A DNA stretch of 64,000 bases from Octopus sinensis. Taxonomy: Eukaryota. Where the stretch lies: the NCBI RefSeq assembly GCF_006345805.1, contig NC_042998.1:160146001-160210000 (forward strand). Direction: 5' to 3'. The notes beneath the pieces were generated by a model. The model did no database searches and had not been told where the DNA came from. It worked only from the letters and a program-made list of their open reading frames with translations. The translations under genes and the position numbers were made by a program. Below, one piece after another: positions 13,013 through 26,097 of the stretch (its first letter is position 1; each line of letters begins with the position of its first letter).

Positions 13013-14174
13013 CAGAATGCATAAGATATTTGAAGACAGATTTATGTCTATAAAAATACAGATATATAACAACACATAATAACTTTATTTATCAAAAAAC
13101 GCTATGAGGATAAAAAAACACAAACCTTTTCTATAATGTTATTCAATAAAGCCACCTTCAGCTTCAACAACTGCTTCTATATGAGATCTAAATCATCGAC
13201 ATGCTTGAATCAAGCAGTCCTTGTTCATTTTGGACATTACTCTGACTATGGCAGCTTTCAAAGAATCTTTGGTGTCATGGACATGATCATTGACCTCTCT
13301 CTCAACAACACTCTACATGTAATAGTTCAATGGATTTAAATCTGGGGAATTAGGAGACCAAATGTGAGGGGTTATGTGATCATGAAAATTTTCAGCCATC
13401 CATTCCTGTTACTAAAGCCATGTGTGATAGTGTAGAGTCTTACTGAAACATATATGGCCTTCTGTTGCATACACTGTCTATCCAGGGCTTAACAATTATG
13501 AACCATGACAGTTGCATGAAATTTTGTATGCATAACACTTGGGGCTTCAGAAGGATCTGCACATAACCATCTGTAATTTCTTCTGTTAACTTTTTGATCT
13601 TGGGCGAAGTTTTTCTCATTTCAGAAAAACTAAATCAAATCTTTTCTCCTAGATTTTTTAATTTGTTTAAGAACCTTTTAGATTTGATGTAGTGATTTTC
13701 TTTTGCTTTTTCTGACAAATTGACCATTACTCATCTTATAAGACTTATATCTGATGTCTTCGTGGACAACATTTCTGACTGTTCCTTCTGACACATGGAG
13801 ATCTTTTGCAATTGACCTCTTGGACTTTCTGGGATTGTAATAAATGGGCTGTTGAACTTGCTGGATAAATTCAGGTGTTCTGATGATTTCAGAGCATTTA
13901 GAATGCTTTTTATGCTTTGATACTGGTGATACATTTCCGTCTTCAGTTTCTAGCTCCTTACAAACTTTGTAGATGAAAGATGTCGCAACTTTCAAAAATC
14001 AAGATAATTCTAAATCGCTATACTCAGCCTTTATAACCTCAATAACAGCATGCCTCTTCATTTCTTGAGTAAGCTGCCATTATTATTATTTTCTGAAACA
14101 AAGATTATACAGATTTAGCAAAAAAGGCAGCAATGATCCAAAAAAGTATGTCCTCAAATACTTTACGCATCCTG
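13013..14174 (-). mobile_element. Second maT-like Tc1/mariner element, decayed
   Basis: Imperfect TIR CAGAATGCATAAGATATTTGAAGACA / rc CAGGATGCGTAAAGTATTTGAGGACA; N-terminal RTPEFIQQVQQ..NPRKS.RSIAKDL; C-terminal IWSPNSPDLNPLNYY...AVVEAEGGFIE*. Confidence 0.85.
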
Positions 14175-17081
14175 TATGTTTACTTAGTAGTTAGTTTGTC
14201 CATTTCTTGAAATTTTGGCTGCATCTTTGAAACCTTGGATTTGTGTTTCATTTGACTTCTTGCCATGTGTGAATATGTCAGTTTGACAATAAGCATCAGT
14301 ATACCAGCCTCTTTATTGACTTTGTGCTTCCTGCCATATTGTAGCTAGATTGAGCAATGACCATATTGAATTCCTGGGAAACTTTTTCATAAAAATCTCA
14401 AAGACAGTATGTTCTTTTTTAAGTGAAAATTAACTATGAAATTTTTACTTTTATATTTTGTAATGATTATCTAATCTGTCCCTGTCAATTTTTATATCAA
14501 AATAAAGCAGAAACATTCCTCTTTATGACTGGATTACTTTCAACACAGCTTAAATTATAGTATTTCAGCGCATTGAACTAGAACTAGGCTACTGTTCAGC
14601 AATCAAAAAAAAAAGGTGCGTGTCGGGGGAGAGAGGGGGGGGGCAAACTTTGTAAATGTGTGGAAATATCACAGACCATGACATGATATGTAACTGTCAG
14701 ATTTTAAATAAAACTATATGAAAAGAAAGTTCATGTCCAGAACTTTCAAATGATATATAATTTTGACATGAAAATAGCAAAACTAAAAGTGTGTTTTTGT
14801 GTGTTCAAACAGTGTTTGTTTCATTGTATGGCACTCTATAGTGGTACATACTTATAATATATATATGAGTCTGTATAGATACCTTATTGTATATAAGTCT
14901 ATAAAAGGAGCATGCTGTGTTTACTTGCAAAGAAGTTGCACTATTTTATGCTTGATGTATTTTAATTGAAAATACTGGGGTGCAACTTGTGCATGGGGCA
15001 AAGCTGATATCAAGTCTGAATGTGAAAGAAGTGAATATTTGTGCCAAGATTGAACTCTACATTCGGAAAGCAACTTATACATTATTAAACATGGCAACTT
15101 GAGTAAAATAAAATAAAAGTTTTTAATTCAACAAAAAATGGTTTCATAAAATGAACACGTTGTTTGCAATGCTCTAGCATGGCCTCTGCCCAATACTTGA
15201 AACCAGCACAAGTGTATGAATAATGTATAGCATTCTTTAACAAATTTCTTGCAGAGTTCTGATATCATCTTTTATAACTTCATTATGGAAGGCTGTGTTT
15301 CATCTTTCAGACCAGGAAATACATCAACCCTGAATATTAACATTTACGAAATGCATAAACCTTTCAAACCAGTGATAGAACTTCTTATGGGAATGTTCAA
15401 CTTTACAGAAACAGTTACCAAACCTCCCTCAAATCCCTACCATGTTAAAAAAAAAGAAAGATACATTAGCTAATGTAGTTGTAGATGTTTAAAAAGATGG
15501 GTTGGAAAGTCTGTCATCATAAGTCTGCTCAGTCCAGGATTAGGACTAAATAACAACTTACATCCAAATTATTGGGCATGATACTTTATCAAATGTATTC
15601 TCCAAATCAATGAAAGCCAGGCATAATGGTTTTTCTCTTAGCCAAGTATTTCATCCTTCCATTCACTATTTTTTAAAATTCTCTTACTATTACTCACTAT
15701 TTGTTTGACACCTTCCTACTTTCATGATGTTAATATGTGAATTTTCCAGTCAAAACATATCTCCTTATTCTGTCAACTGAATTACTGTGCCTTGTAAAAA
15801 GTGACTCACTATTAGCCAATCCTAAATACTATTACATTTACATGCAAAGACACTGCTACATGGTCACTTGACCTGCGAGAAAAAGTAGCCAAATATCCCT
15901 CACATCATACTCTACCATCTAAAGAAGGAAGGACACATTGGATAGTGAAATACTTACATATATTCAAGCTGGGAAAAGATGGATTGTTATAGCATGAATG
16001 CTTTGATCTATTCACTCAAGGTTGACCTGACAGTAAACATTGACAACAACAAGTGCAATTATTGCATTTATTTTGCTTTCTTTGATTGCACTGTCTTTAC
16101 AATATTCATTCAACGGCAGTTTATTTAATGTTATTCTACTAAAGGGTTCCTTAGACTTAGGTTTCAGCCAAATTTCCTTCAAATTGTTCTTTTTTGAATT
16201 AAACTTGTGTAACTTCCACATTAATTATTTGATGAAAAAAAAGCTATCTGTGTAAAGTCCTGTAAACCCAGTTTTGAATTGAACTTTAGAAGTTTCTAGT
16301 ATTAGCGATAAAATGAGAACTGAGTATTGATGAAAAAGAAAAGATTGTTAGAGGCCCCACCTCCCATATTTGTTCATAAATAGGAGTTAAATCTTTGTAA
16401 CAGACATATGAGGTAAATTCTCTGACACTTCACTCTCCGTGATATATACAGAAGAATTTAGAATTTATTTGTTTTTTGCTGTTCTTTTTGTTTTGTATAA
16501 GACTCTAATTACATGATGACCATATTGAAAACTTTTGATCCAATAGATTAATAAAAGAACAAAATACAAAGGAAATAGAAGAATAAAGCAATCCCAAACT
16601 TTATATCAGCTGATGTATCCTAATTAAATTGAATTTCTTCATTAAAGCCATCATGTTATATACTTACTAATTTGTTGATAAATTAATTAATATTTTTCCT
16701 TATTTTCTTTGATTTTTGTGATGACAAAAGAATCATGTGATATTCATCATTGTTCACATTTCTTAACATATTTTTCTTCTGAAATGTCCCTCTTCTCCTC
16801 TGTGTCGTTCATAACGATAGTTTTTATGTTTCATCTTTTGATGTGTTTGCTTTACTGTATTAATTATTTCTAAGCTATAACAAGTGAAATAAACAGTTGG
16901 AAACATATCACAATGCCTGATGTTTTAAAATTGGTAAAAGATGTTGGTTGAAAATTGCATATGTCAGAAGTGGGATGCTGTAGGACAGTGAAATAGAGTT
17001 AAAATTGTAGGCCTACACTAGAAATGTAATATATTCTTAGAATGATATAATTTATTTGAAGCATTGTGAAATAAAGTTTAA

Positions 17082-17301
17082 CCCTTTAGCATTCAGATTT
17101 CTTTGTTAAATATAATGCTTATTTATTCACATTTTAAAAATTGAATCCTATGTTATCTTGTAGCTTTGAAATTTCAAAGATGTGGTTGTTTATTTTTAGA
17201 ATCACATTGTAATGTAGTTGCGAGGGGCTGGATCTGGCTAGTTTGAACATAAAACAGGTAGAATATTTAGGTCAGATGTGGCCTGTTTAAATGCTAAAGG
17301 A
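17082..17301. mobile_element. piggyBac-type MITE family A
   Basis: TTAA-CCCTTTAGCATT...AATGCTAAAGGA-TTAA. Confidence 0.88.
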
Positions 17302-17469
17302 TTAAAAACACAAAGTAATAGAAAAGAAAAGAGACAAGAAAGGAAAAGAAAAGAAAAAAACAAAGGTGTGGGTGGGGTAAAGAAGTGGAAGATAGAAGGA
17401 GAAGGGGGATCAATGGGACCCTTACCCCAGAATAAATGGTGTGCTCAGCCATGCCCTGTAGTAATGACT

Positions 17470-18075
17470 GCAATGACATTGCTATGGCATTTGCGTGTAA
17501 TGACTCTCACTGTATCAGTCACTCCACCTTGTGGGGCTCATTTCTCCAACGGGCCACTGTTATCCCTATTTTGTGGAGGAAATCAGTAGTATGGGGTCCA
17601 AGAGTACCTTATGGCTAAATGGCGACTGGTACAAACTGATAGTGGCTGGTTAGGCCTTTGTATTTAAACATTTTTCTCTCCTCAGTGTTGTGGATGGTGA
17701 TACCCAGGTTTGCGACCAATCCTGCAAGGTTGGAGCCAGAGAACATGTCGTTGCACATTGTGTCCCAGACTAAAGATCTGCCTCCCCTAGAATGGGAAGA
17801 GGATTATTCCATTGGGGTGCTTACTGTTCCTGCGATCAAGACCTGCTGGCTCAAGTTGAGATGGGAAGCCAACTGTTTCAAAGCATCTTCTGATTATATC
17901 ATTCAGAGCAGCATGTTGGAGGAATTGGTCCATACTAAGGCAGCAAGATAAATGATGCAGGCCAAATTTGTCTACTACCGCTCTGCAACAACATTTGTGT
18001 AGTTCACACATGTGGAGACCAAGGCATTGGGTTACTCTGGTGCACTCACCATCAAGAAGGGTACTGGGGTACTGG
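17470..18075 (-). pseudogene. C-terminus of a CRE-like non-LTR retrotransposon (CCHC knuckle + restriction-like endonuclease)
   Basis: LGLHMCELHKCCCRAVVDKFGLHHLSC..QHAALNDII..LEPAGLDR.NSKHPNG..PF, then (shifted frame) SLVWD..EERKMFKY..YQFVPVAI..GTLGP..FLHKIG. Confidence 0.8.
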
Positions 18076-18140
18076 TAGATGAGGAGGACACTGAATTAAA
18101 AATGTCTTAGAAAGCCACTACACTACAGGAAATAAGATTC

Positions 18141-18543
18141 CTTTTATTCCTTTTACTTGTTTCAGTCATTTGACTGTGGCCATGCTGGAACACCGCCTTT
18201 TAGTTGAGCAAATCAACCCCATGACTTATTCTTTGTAAGCCTAGTACTTATTCTATCAGTCTCTTTTGCCGAACCACTAAGTTACAAGGAAGTAAACACA
18301 CCACCATCGGTTGTGAAGCGATGTTGTGGGGAGTCAAACACAGACACAAACATGCACACACATGTATATACATATTATACGATGGGCTTTTTTCAGTTTT
18401 TGTCTACCAAATCCACTCACAAGGCTTTGGTTGGCCTGAGGCTATAGTAGAAGACACTTGCCCAAGGTACCATGCAGTGGGACTGAACCCAGAACCATGT
18501 GGTTGGTAACCAAGCTACTTGCCACACAGCCACTCCTGCACCT
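18141..18543 (-). mobile_element. Full SINE family A
   Basis: Box A TGGCTGTGTGG, box B GGTTCAGTCCC, CCTTGGGCAAGTG, family A tail. Confidence 0.9.
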
Positions 18544-18699
18544 GATAACAAAAAGTTTACACTTATTTTGATATTTTAATAATTACTGGTACTTTTATAG
18601 TTGTAAGGCATAATCTGTTATAAATGTATGTATATTATTATATTTGTTTTTTTTTTAAATAAATAAATAGACACAATATAGTCTCTAAAAGTTGATGAA

Positions 18700-19440
18700 T
18701 ACCACCTCTTGATCCCCTCCATTTGCGTTGGACAAAACACATTGCTAAAATTGCCAAGAAGGCTGAGGGTGTCTTGGCATCACTTACCAAGTTTTGTGAG
18801 CCGCTTTCCAGCTAATTATCTGAGACTTTATATAGCTATGGTGCGGCCTCACCTGGAATTTGCATCACTGGTCTGGAACCCCTAGCTTGCCCAGGATATT
18901 ATTTGTCTGGAAACTGTTCAGTGACGTGCAACCAAGAGAATACCCTCCATCAGGCATTTGCCATATTCTGAATGCCTTACTTCCCTGGGCATGGATACAT
19001 TGAAACTCTGACATCTGGCAGCTGACTTAGCAGACACCCATAAAATTATTAACCATCTTACTAACAATATCTCTGCGCACCTTTTCAAACTCCACCTGTT
19101 TAACACCCATGGACATGTTTACAAAGTCAGAAAGCAGCACAGCTCCCATGACTTTCAGAAACATCTTTTCATGCTAAGAGTTGCTGAAGTATGGAACAAA
19201 CTGCCAGCATCAGTTGTTAGTTGTCGGAGCACTGCATCCTTCAAAACTTCCATGCTTCCTGAGATACGCCAACACTGCAGCTGATTTTCTCCCCTCCATA
19301 CACACGCAATCATGTATCTGACTCATACACTGTTCACTTCTCAGACATTTGCACATTACTGCATATGCTTTATATGTACTTTTGACAAGTTGTGGTGCAC
19401 CTGAGCACTGTATACAATAATTTCATTATTATTATTATTT
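18700..19440 (+). mobile_element. 5'-truncated CR1-clade LINE 3' end
   Basis: LYIAMVRPHLEFASLVWNP..LETVQ.RATKRI..RVAEVWNKLPASVV; ends caataatttc(att)n. Confidence 0.88.
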
Positions 19441-19479
19441 TCTTATTGCCATATATATTATCTATCTATCTCTCTCTCT

Positions 19480-19497
19480 CTATATATATATGTGTGT

Positions 19498-19528
<31 letters not shown>

Positions 19529-19635
19529 TATTATATACATGTATTATATATATTATATATATATATATATATATTATATATATTATATACATGTATTATA
19601 TATATATATATATATATAATATATATATATATTAT

Positions 19636-19681
<46 letters not shown>

Positions 19682-20071
19682 CATGTATTATATATACATA
19701 TATATATATACACACACACACACATATATAGATAGATTAATATATATGTATGTATATATATATGTGTGTGTGTCTTAATGTTTATGTGTATACATATATA
19801 TGTGTGTGTGTGTGTGTACTCATATACTTATATATATACATGCACAGCACAAATAATTGGGTAATCAGGAGCCAGAGTATAAGTTTTAGTAAGTAACAAG
19901 ACTAAGTTTCAGAAGGAGGGAAAGCAGGAAAATAATCACGAAATGGAATAGTAACAAAAGCAACAACAAACAATATGTAACCACGGAAACTAATTTGTTG
20001 TAACTGCATTGAAGTTTCTTTCTAACTTATATTTTGGTAAAGTTGTTTTGAAATTAAATTGTATATGTGTA

Positions 20072-20147
<76 letters not shown>

Positions 20148-20330
20148 GTATGTATATATGTTTGTGTATGTATATATGTATGTATATATGTTTGTGTATG
20201 TATGTATGTATGTATATATGTTTGTGTTTGTGCACACATCTACATAAGCATATATATATATACACACACATGCACATACATACACATGTGTGCGTATGTA
20301 TATGTGTGCACTTGCATGTTCATACACAGA
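19480..20330. repeat. Two compound (TA)n/(TG)n/(TATG)n microsatellite arrays (19480-19830, 20060-20330)
   Basis: Directly visible; source of the IYIY ORFs. Confidence 0.97.
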
Positions 20331-21054
20331 GTGAGTGAGCACCAATGAGTTAATTAACAAGAAGTAACTTTTCTCTAGCAAGAAAACTTGTTCTAATTAG
20401 GAAAGTCATTGTGAAAAATTTCTTGCCTAGATATTGTGTAGGAAAGCTGAACTATTACTTAGACAACAGCCGAAGGATGAAATATTCTACAAAATTCTAA
20501 AAGAAAAAACAGTTCCTCACATGATCTATATCTCTGAACCTAATTAAAAGACCAGCTCCAAGAGACTCTGAAAGAAATAGAAAAGTCAATCTTAGATTAG
20601 GATATGTGCCCTTCCAAAATGTTTACTGCTAAACAGGCTGGGCTAAGGTGGAGTTCTAAGATCCCTATTATTTTTGTTATTGTTGGAGATGATTATGGGT
20701 ATAATTAATAAAATCTGTGGATTTTCAGACTCTGTGTCTTGCAGTATTTAGATATATCTATTTAGATTATGAATTCAAATCATGTTAAAATCTACTGCAT
20801 CATTTGTACCTTTGTGGTTGATAGAATAAGTAATAGTGAAGGTCTTGGATTGGTATAAATTTACTGTGCCCTGTTCTAAAATCTGTTGCCACCTTTCTGT
20901 GTTAGAACTAATACATTACAAAATCAGTTTATTGTTATAAAAAATGTTTTGTTACATATTTCTGCACCTGTATTTGTGATATTGTGCCTATGTTAGAAGG
21001 TTGTTGTCATCAATATCATCATCATCATTGTCATCTTCACCATCATGGGGAGCT

Positions 21055-21745
21055 GGACAAAATGCTTAGCAACATTTTTGTGTGTCTTTATGTTCTGAGT
21101 TCAAATTCTATGGAGATTGACTTTGCCTTTCATCCTTATGGAGGTTGATGAAATAAATACCAGTTGAACACTGGGGTTGATATAATCGATTAACCCTCCT
21201 CACCCTGAATTTCAGACTTTGTGCATATAATAGGAATGATTATTATTAGAGTACTTGTTTGGCAAGAGTTGTTGGAGTGTCAGTCATAATACTATACATT
21301 ATAGGTCTTTACATTCTGAGTTCAAATTCCACCAAGATCAACTTTGCTTTTTATCCTTTCAGGGATGGTAAAATAAAATACCAGTCAAGTTCTAGGTTTG
21401 AAGGTATTAACTATCTCTTGTTTCCCTAAAATTTCTGGCTTTGTGCCTCAATCAGGAAATATTATTATTATTAGTGGATTAGCAAAGTTATTGAGCTGTC
21501 AGACACAACCAAGCCATGTCTCTGATGGTGATGATGATGATAATAATCATCCTTTGTACTTTAAGTATTAATACCAGACCTGAAAATTTGGGAAAGTGGG
21601 TAAGTCAATAACAACCCTATTGCTCAACTGATGCTGAAAGGATGAAAGGCAAAATCTACCTTGGTAGAATTTGGACCCGGAACATAAAAATAGATGAAAT
21701 ACTGCTAAGCACTTTGTGTGGGTTACTGATGATTCTACCAGCTTG
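21055..21745. mobile_element. Three adjacent decayed SINEs of a second family (two +, one -)
   Basis: Each has gttctgagttcaaatt box B and gactttgcctttcatcct..ataaaataaatacca core; copies at ~21055-21245, 21250-21475 and 21540-21745 (rc). Confidence 0.7.
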
Positions 21746-21843
21746 CTGCCTTAATAATAATAATAATAATAATAATAATTTCAAACTTTGGCAAGAGGCC
21801 AGCGTTGAATATATTTGATACACACACACATTCATACATATAT

Positions 21844-21914
<71 letters not shown>

Positions 21915-22087
21915 GTTTGTTTTTATGTTCAATTGTAATAAAAACAATTTTACATTAACCTGACAAGTCTTTCTATACTTTTGTAGGGTATAAATTTATT
22001 ATTCTTATACAAGAATGTTATTGACAGTGACTTCGAAGTTTTAACCAGCTAAGCCATCATTGTCTGTCTGTCAATCAATCAATCATC

Positions 22088-22126
<39 letters not shown>

Positions 22127-22128
<2 letters not shown>

Positions 22129-22480
22129 TTTATTATTTTAGTCATTAGTCTATGGCCATGCTGGGGCTCACCTTAAAGAATTTTTAGTTGAATGTACTGA
22201 CCTCCAGTACTTATTTTTAAAGCCTGGTACTTATTCTATCAGTCTCTGTTTGCTGAACCGCTAAGTTATCGGGACATAAACACACCAGCAGACACAAATA
22301 CGCACACACACACACACAACAGGATTCTTTCAGTTACCATATACCAAATCCAATCACAAGGCTTTGGTTGGCTTGAGGATTTAGTAGAAGACACTTGCCC
22401 AAGGTGCTCTGCAGTGAGACTGAAACCTTGAACCATGTGGTTAGGAAGCAAGATTCTTACCAAACAGCTATGCCTGCGCC
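22127..22480 (-). mobile_element. Full SINE family A
   Basis: Minus-strand head ggcgcaggcatagctgtttggtaag and family A tail. Confidence 0.85.
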
Positions 22481-22511
22481 TATATAAATGATGCTTTATC
22501 TCTAACGTATA

Positions 22512-22556
<45 letters not shown>

Positions 22557-22577
22557 TGCAATCTTTGTAGCTATTCT

Positions 22578-22702
22578 GATCATTTATAGTTATTCATCAA
22601 TACCATCTGCATGTTTAAATAATAATGCACACACACATAAACAAACACACATGTATATAATTCAGACATGTAGATTGCAATGATGAATAACTATAAATGA
22701 TC
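22578..22702. repeat. 125-bp hairpin with 43-bp arms
   Basis: gatcatttatagttattcatca (22 bp) matches the right arm perfectly; the remaining arm is imperfect. Confidence 0.85.
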
Positions 22703-23361
22703 TGAAAAGTTAAAATGCCTGCTTCATATGAATTTACCACAAAATGTGATTGAATTTCTATGATTTATAGTGTGACATGGCTTTAAAGACTTTAAAGACT
22801 TTGTAAGGAAACTGGTGCCAACAGTGATACAAATCCAAGATAGTTGTTGAACCAACTTTGATTCTACTCACCCATAAATCTGAACTTTTAAGTCTGTGTG
22901 AACAACATTTACGTTATTGTGTGTGTAAGAGAGAGATAGATATATATATAGAGAGAGAGTGAGAGAAATTTATTGGAAGGGACACTTTTTGATGCTTACA
23001 TTGTTAACCCATTCATTCTCATTTCTCTAATGAAATGCACTGTCTATGTTTCAAGAAGATAATGAAATATTTTGAGACTTAGTAAAATAACTTTTACATT
23101 ATTGGTGTTTGGAACAACTTAGTAAAAAGGTTCTTGCATAAAATTATGATGGACATTTTCAATTTAAGTATGAGCACTTTAAAATCTGATCCGTGGAGTT
23201 GATACACAAAACCATCAACTCTGACTCTGGCATTTATGGTATAACGACTCCGACTCTTCTATATCTAATCGTATATCATTATATTGACTGAAACATGCAA
23301 TAGACAGTGTGAATCATCAGACTTCTTTTTAGCACTCTAACCTGTTAAAGTTTAGATTTAA

Positions 23362-23510
23362 CCCTTTTACTGTAGAAAGCAGATATATCTACTCAAAATT
23401 TCATTACCCTTAACTGGAGAAAGCAGTTTTATATACTAATTTTTTTTTTTTTTTGGACTGAGGACATCAGTCCTGGAATAACCATGAAATTTAATTTTGC
23501 TGTGAAAGGG
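23362..23510. mobile_element. piggyBac-type MITE family C
   Basis: TTAA-CCCTTTTACTGTAG...GCTGTGAAAGGG-TTAA. Confidence 0.7.
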
Positions 23511-23756
23511 TTAAAAGCTACAAATATTCTGTTGTGGCCTTTTTTTTTTTTTGTATATTGTTGATTATAGAAGTTACAAATATTAAGTGTAATGCTGCTT
23601 TTATGAAAGAGATTTAAAAGAAACAAACCATAAAATCAAGAATATTTTTCTGTACCATTTCAAAAATCAAAAATCCATCAAAGTTAAAATTAAAAGAATG
23701 ATCATGTATAGTAACTTAATAAATGACTATTTTAAAAGAAATAAAGACAATTAGAT

Positions 23757-24135
23757 ACAGGCGTGGTTGTGTGGTGAGAAGCTTGCTTTCCAACTAAATG
23801 GTTCCGGGTTCACTCCCACTGCATAGCACCTTGAGCAAGTATCTTCTACTATTACCTTAGGCCAACTAAAGCCATGTGAGTGGATTTGATAGAAAGAAAC
23901 TGAAAGAATCCCATTATACATATATGTGTGTGTGTGTGTCTCTATTATCCCTTGACAACTGGTGTTGGTGTGTTTATGTCCCTGTAACTCAGCGGTTTGG
24001 CAAAAAGAGACCAATAGAATAAGTAACAGGCTTAAAAAATAAGTCCTGGAGTTAATTTCTTTGACTAAAACTTTCAAGGCAGTGCTCCTGCATGGCCACA
24101 GTCAAATGACTGAAACAAATAAACAAATAAAAGAA
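23757..24135 (+). mobile_element. Full SINE family A
   Basis: ggcgtggttgtgtggtgagaagc..ggttcactccc..family A tail. Confidence 0.88.
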
Positions 24136-24159
24136 AGAACCCTTCCTTTGCAAAACTAA

Positions 24160-24373
24160 CCTTTTAGGATTCAGATTATTTTATCAAATGCAATGCTTTT
24201 CCATTAACATTATTTTTAATTTATCATGCAATTTTTTTTGAAATTTTAAATTTTGATGATGTGATTGTATATTTTTGGAATGACATTGAAGAGTAGGTGT
24301 GAGAGGCTGGATCTGGCTGGTTTGAACATAAAACAGATAGCATATTTTGGCCGGATATGGCCTGTTTAAATGC
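24160..24373. mobile_element. Degenerate MITE family A
   Basis: Body matches the 17082 copy; termini eroded. Confidence 0.75.
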
Positions 24374-24564
24374 ATTTTTTAATATCTTTTAATATAAAAT
24401 TTCAGTGAATGTAACAAGAAACTACTTTAAATAAAAGAATAATTATAAAGGATTGAAAAGTTTATTACTTTACAAAATTTATTAAAGAAACACTGCCTCT
24501 GTAGAATAGGGGTTAAATCAAGGAACCAAATTTACTAGCATATTTATAGAAACAATATTCTTTT

Positions 24565-24775
24565 CTACCCTAGATACAAGGCCTGAAATTTTTTGGTGGA
24601 AGGCAGTTGATTAGATCAACCCCAGTACACAACTGGTACATAATTTATTGACCCTGAAAGGATGAAAGGCAAAGTCGACTTCCGCGGAATTTGAACTTAG
24701 AACATAAAGACAGATGAAATACTGCTAAGCATTTTGCCTAGCATGCTAATGATTCTGTCAGCTTACCAGCTTATA
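24565..24775 (-). mobile_element. SINE of the 21-kb family
   Basis: ccctgaaaggatgaaaggcaaagtcgac..ggaatttgaac..gctaagcattttgcc. Confidence 0.75.
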
Positions 24776-25064
24776 GACAATATTGCCTCTACCAGATCCT
24801 ACTTCGTAGATTTAAAATCTGATTTGATTATTTTCAGTGCAGAAAATAATCAAAATTAATATCTGTGAAATTGGAAATTTTAACTTATGATATTTCAATT
24901 TACATTCAATCTGAGTCACTACATTTTTTCTGACCAGTTCGGATTCCACAGCTCTGTTTAAAACAGGCTGTTTTGTGCATAATAGAATAATAGATGATCT
25001 CAAGCGGAACAGAATGATGAAGGTTGATTATACTTATTCTCAATTTCTGTCTATTTCATATTGT

Positions 25065-25520
25065 TAGTACATCATCATTGTTTAACATCTTCTTTCCATG
25101 CTGGCATGGGTTGGAGTGTTTGACAGGAGCCAACCAGGCAGAAGACTGCACCAGACTTCTGTTTTGGCATGGTTTTTATGACTGGATGTCCTCTTTAGCA
25201 CCATTAAACCAGCAGAGTGGATTGAGTGCTTTTTACATGGTATGAGCACGGGTGAGGTCAGTTTTTAATATGTACATGGTTAGAAGGATGGGCTGTGCTC
25301 AAGACCTTTACAAGCCAGCTCAAACTTTACAGTGTGGACTGGATGCTTTTTACATGGCACCAACACTGGCAGGCTCACCAAGTAACTTGCAAGACAAAGA
25401 TTCTTTGAGAGGGGAGAGGGCATTGGAGGAGGTGATCTTGTGTCAGATGATTACAGGTTATAGTGAGACAGAGACAGAAAGAGGTGTCTTGCTGTAGAGG
25501 AGGTACATGGTTACCTGGCC
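25065..25520 (-). mobile_element. LINE 3' end with CCHC-like motif joined to the RTE-type tail
   Basis: Minus translation QQDTSFCLCLTITCNHLTQDHLLQCPL; tail at 25065-25250 matches the RTE tail. Confidence 0.55.
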
Positions 25521-25909
25521 AGAGAGAGAGAGAAGCCTACAACCATTTCTGGATCTGTCATGCATATAAATATAATATATATGCCTACTATTTCCTATTG
25601 AGAGAGGGATTTACCTCTTATTTCTTGTGAGAGAGATTTATTTATTTCTGATGGAGTAATCACTTTCTTGGTTTGTAATCTGAGTTTTTAACATACCAAA
25701 CTTTTCAGACTTTTGGTTTCTGTATCTGTCCACGTATAGATGGACTGCATCAACTTCATCAGTTTGAGCTGGCTTGTAAAGATCTTGAGCATGGCCCATC
25801 TTTCTAACTAATGTATATATTAAAAAACAGAAAAGCAAAACAAAATTAAAAAAATTCCTCGTTTTTCTACTTTTTGTAGTTTCTATTTATCATAACTTTT
25901 AGTCTTTAA

Positions 25910-26097
25910 CCCTTTAGCATTTAAACCAGACACATCCAGCCTTAATACTCTACTTGTTTTATGTTCAAACTGGCTAGATCTGGCCTCTCACACCTACCCT
26001 GCAATGAACAATCATATCAAAGATAATGTAGGATTAATTCGAAACAATATGAATAAATAAGCATTACTTTTGACAAAATAATCTGAATGCTCAAGGG
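25910..26097. mobile_element. piggyBac-type MITE family A
   Basis: TTAA-CCCTTTAGCATT...AATGCTCAAGGG-TTAA. Confidence 0.88.

Noticed and set aside
15300-15480. EMHKPFKPVI as a Penelope KIHKP..RPI motif
   Set aside because: Downstream RT motifs are not recoverable.
20462-20547. QQPKDEIFYKILKEKTVPHMIY, faintly like a HINT N-terminus
   Set aside because: Stops after ~27 codons with no HIT motif; likely chance.
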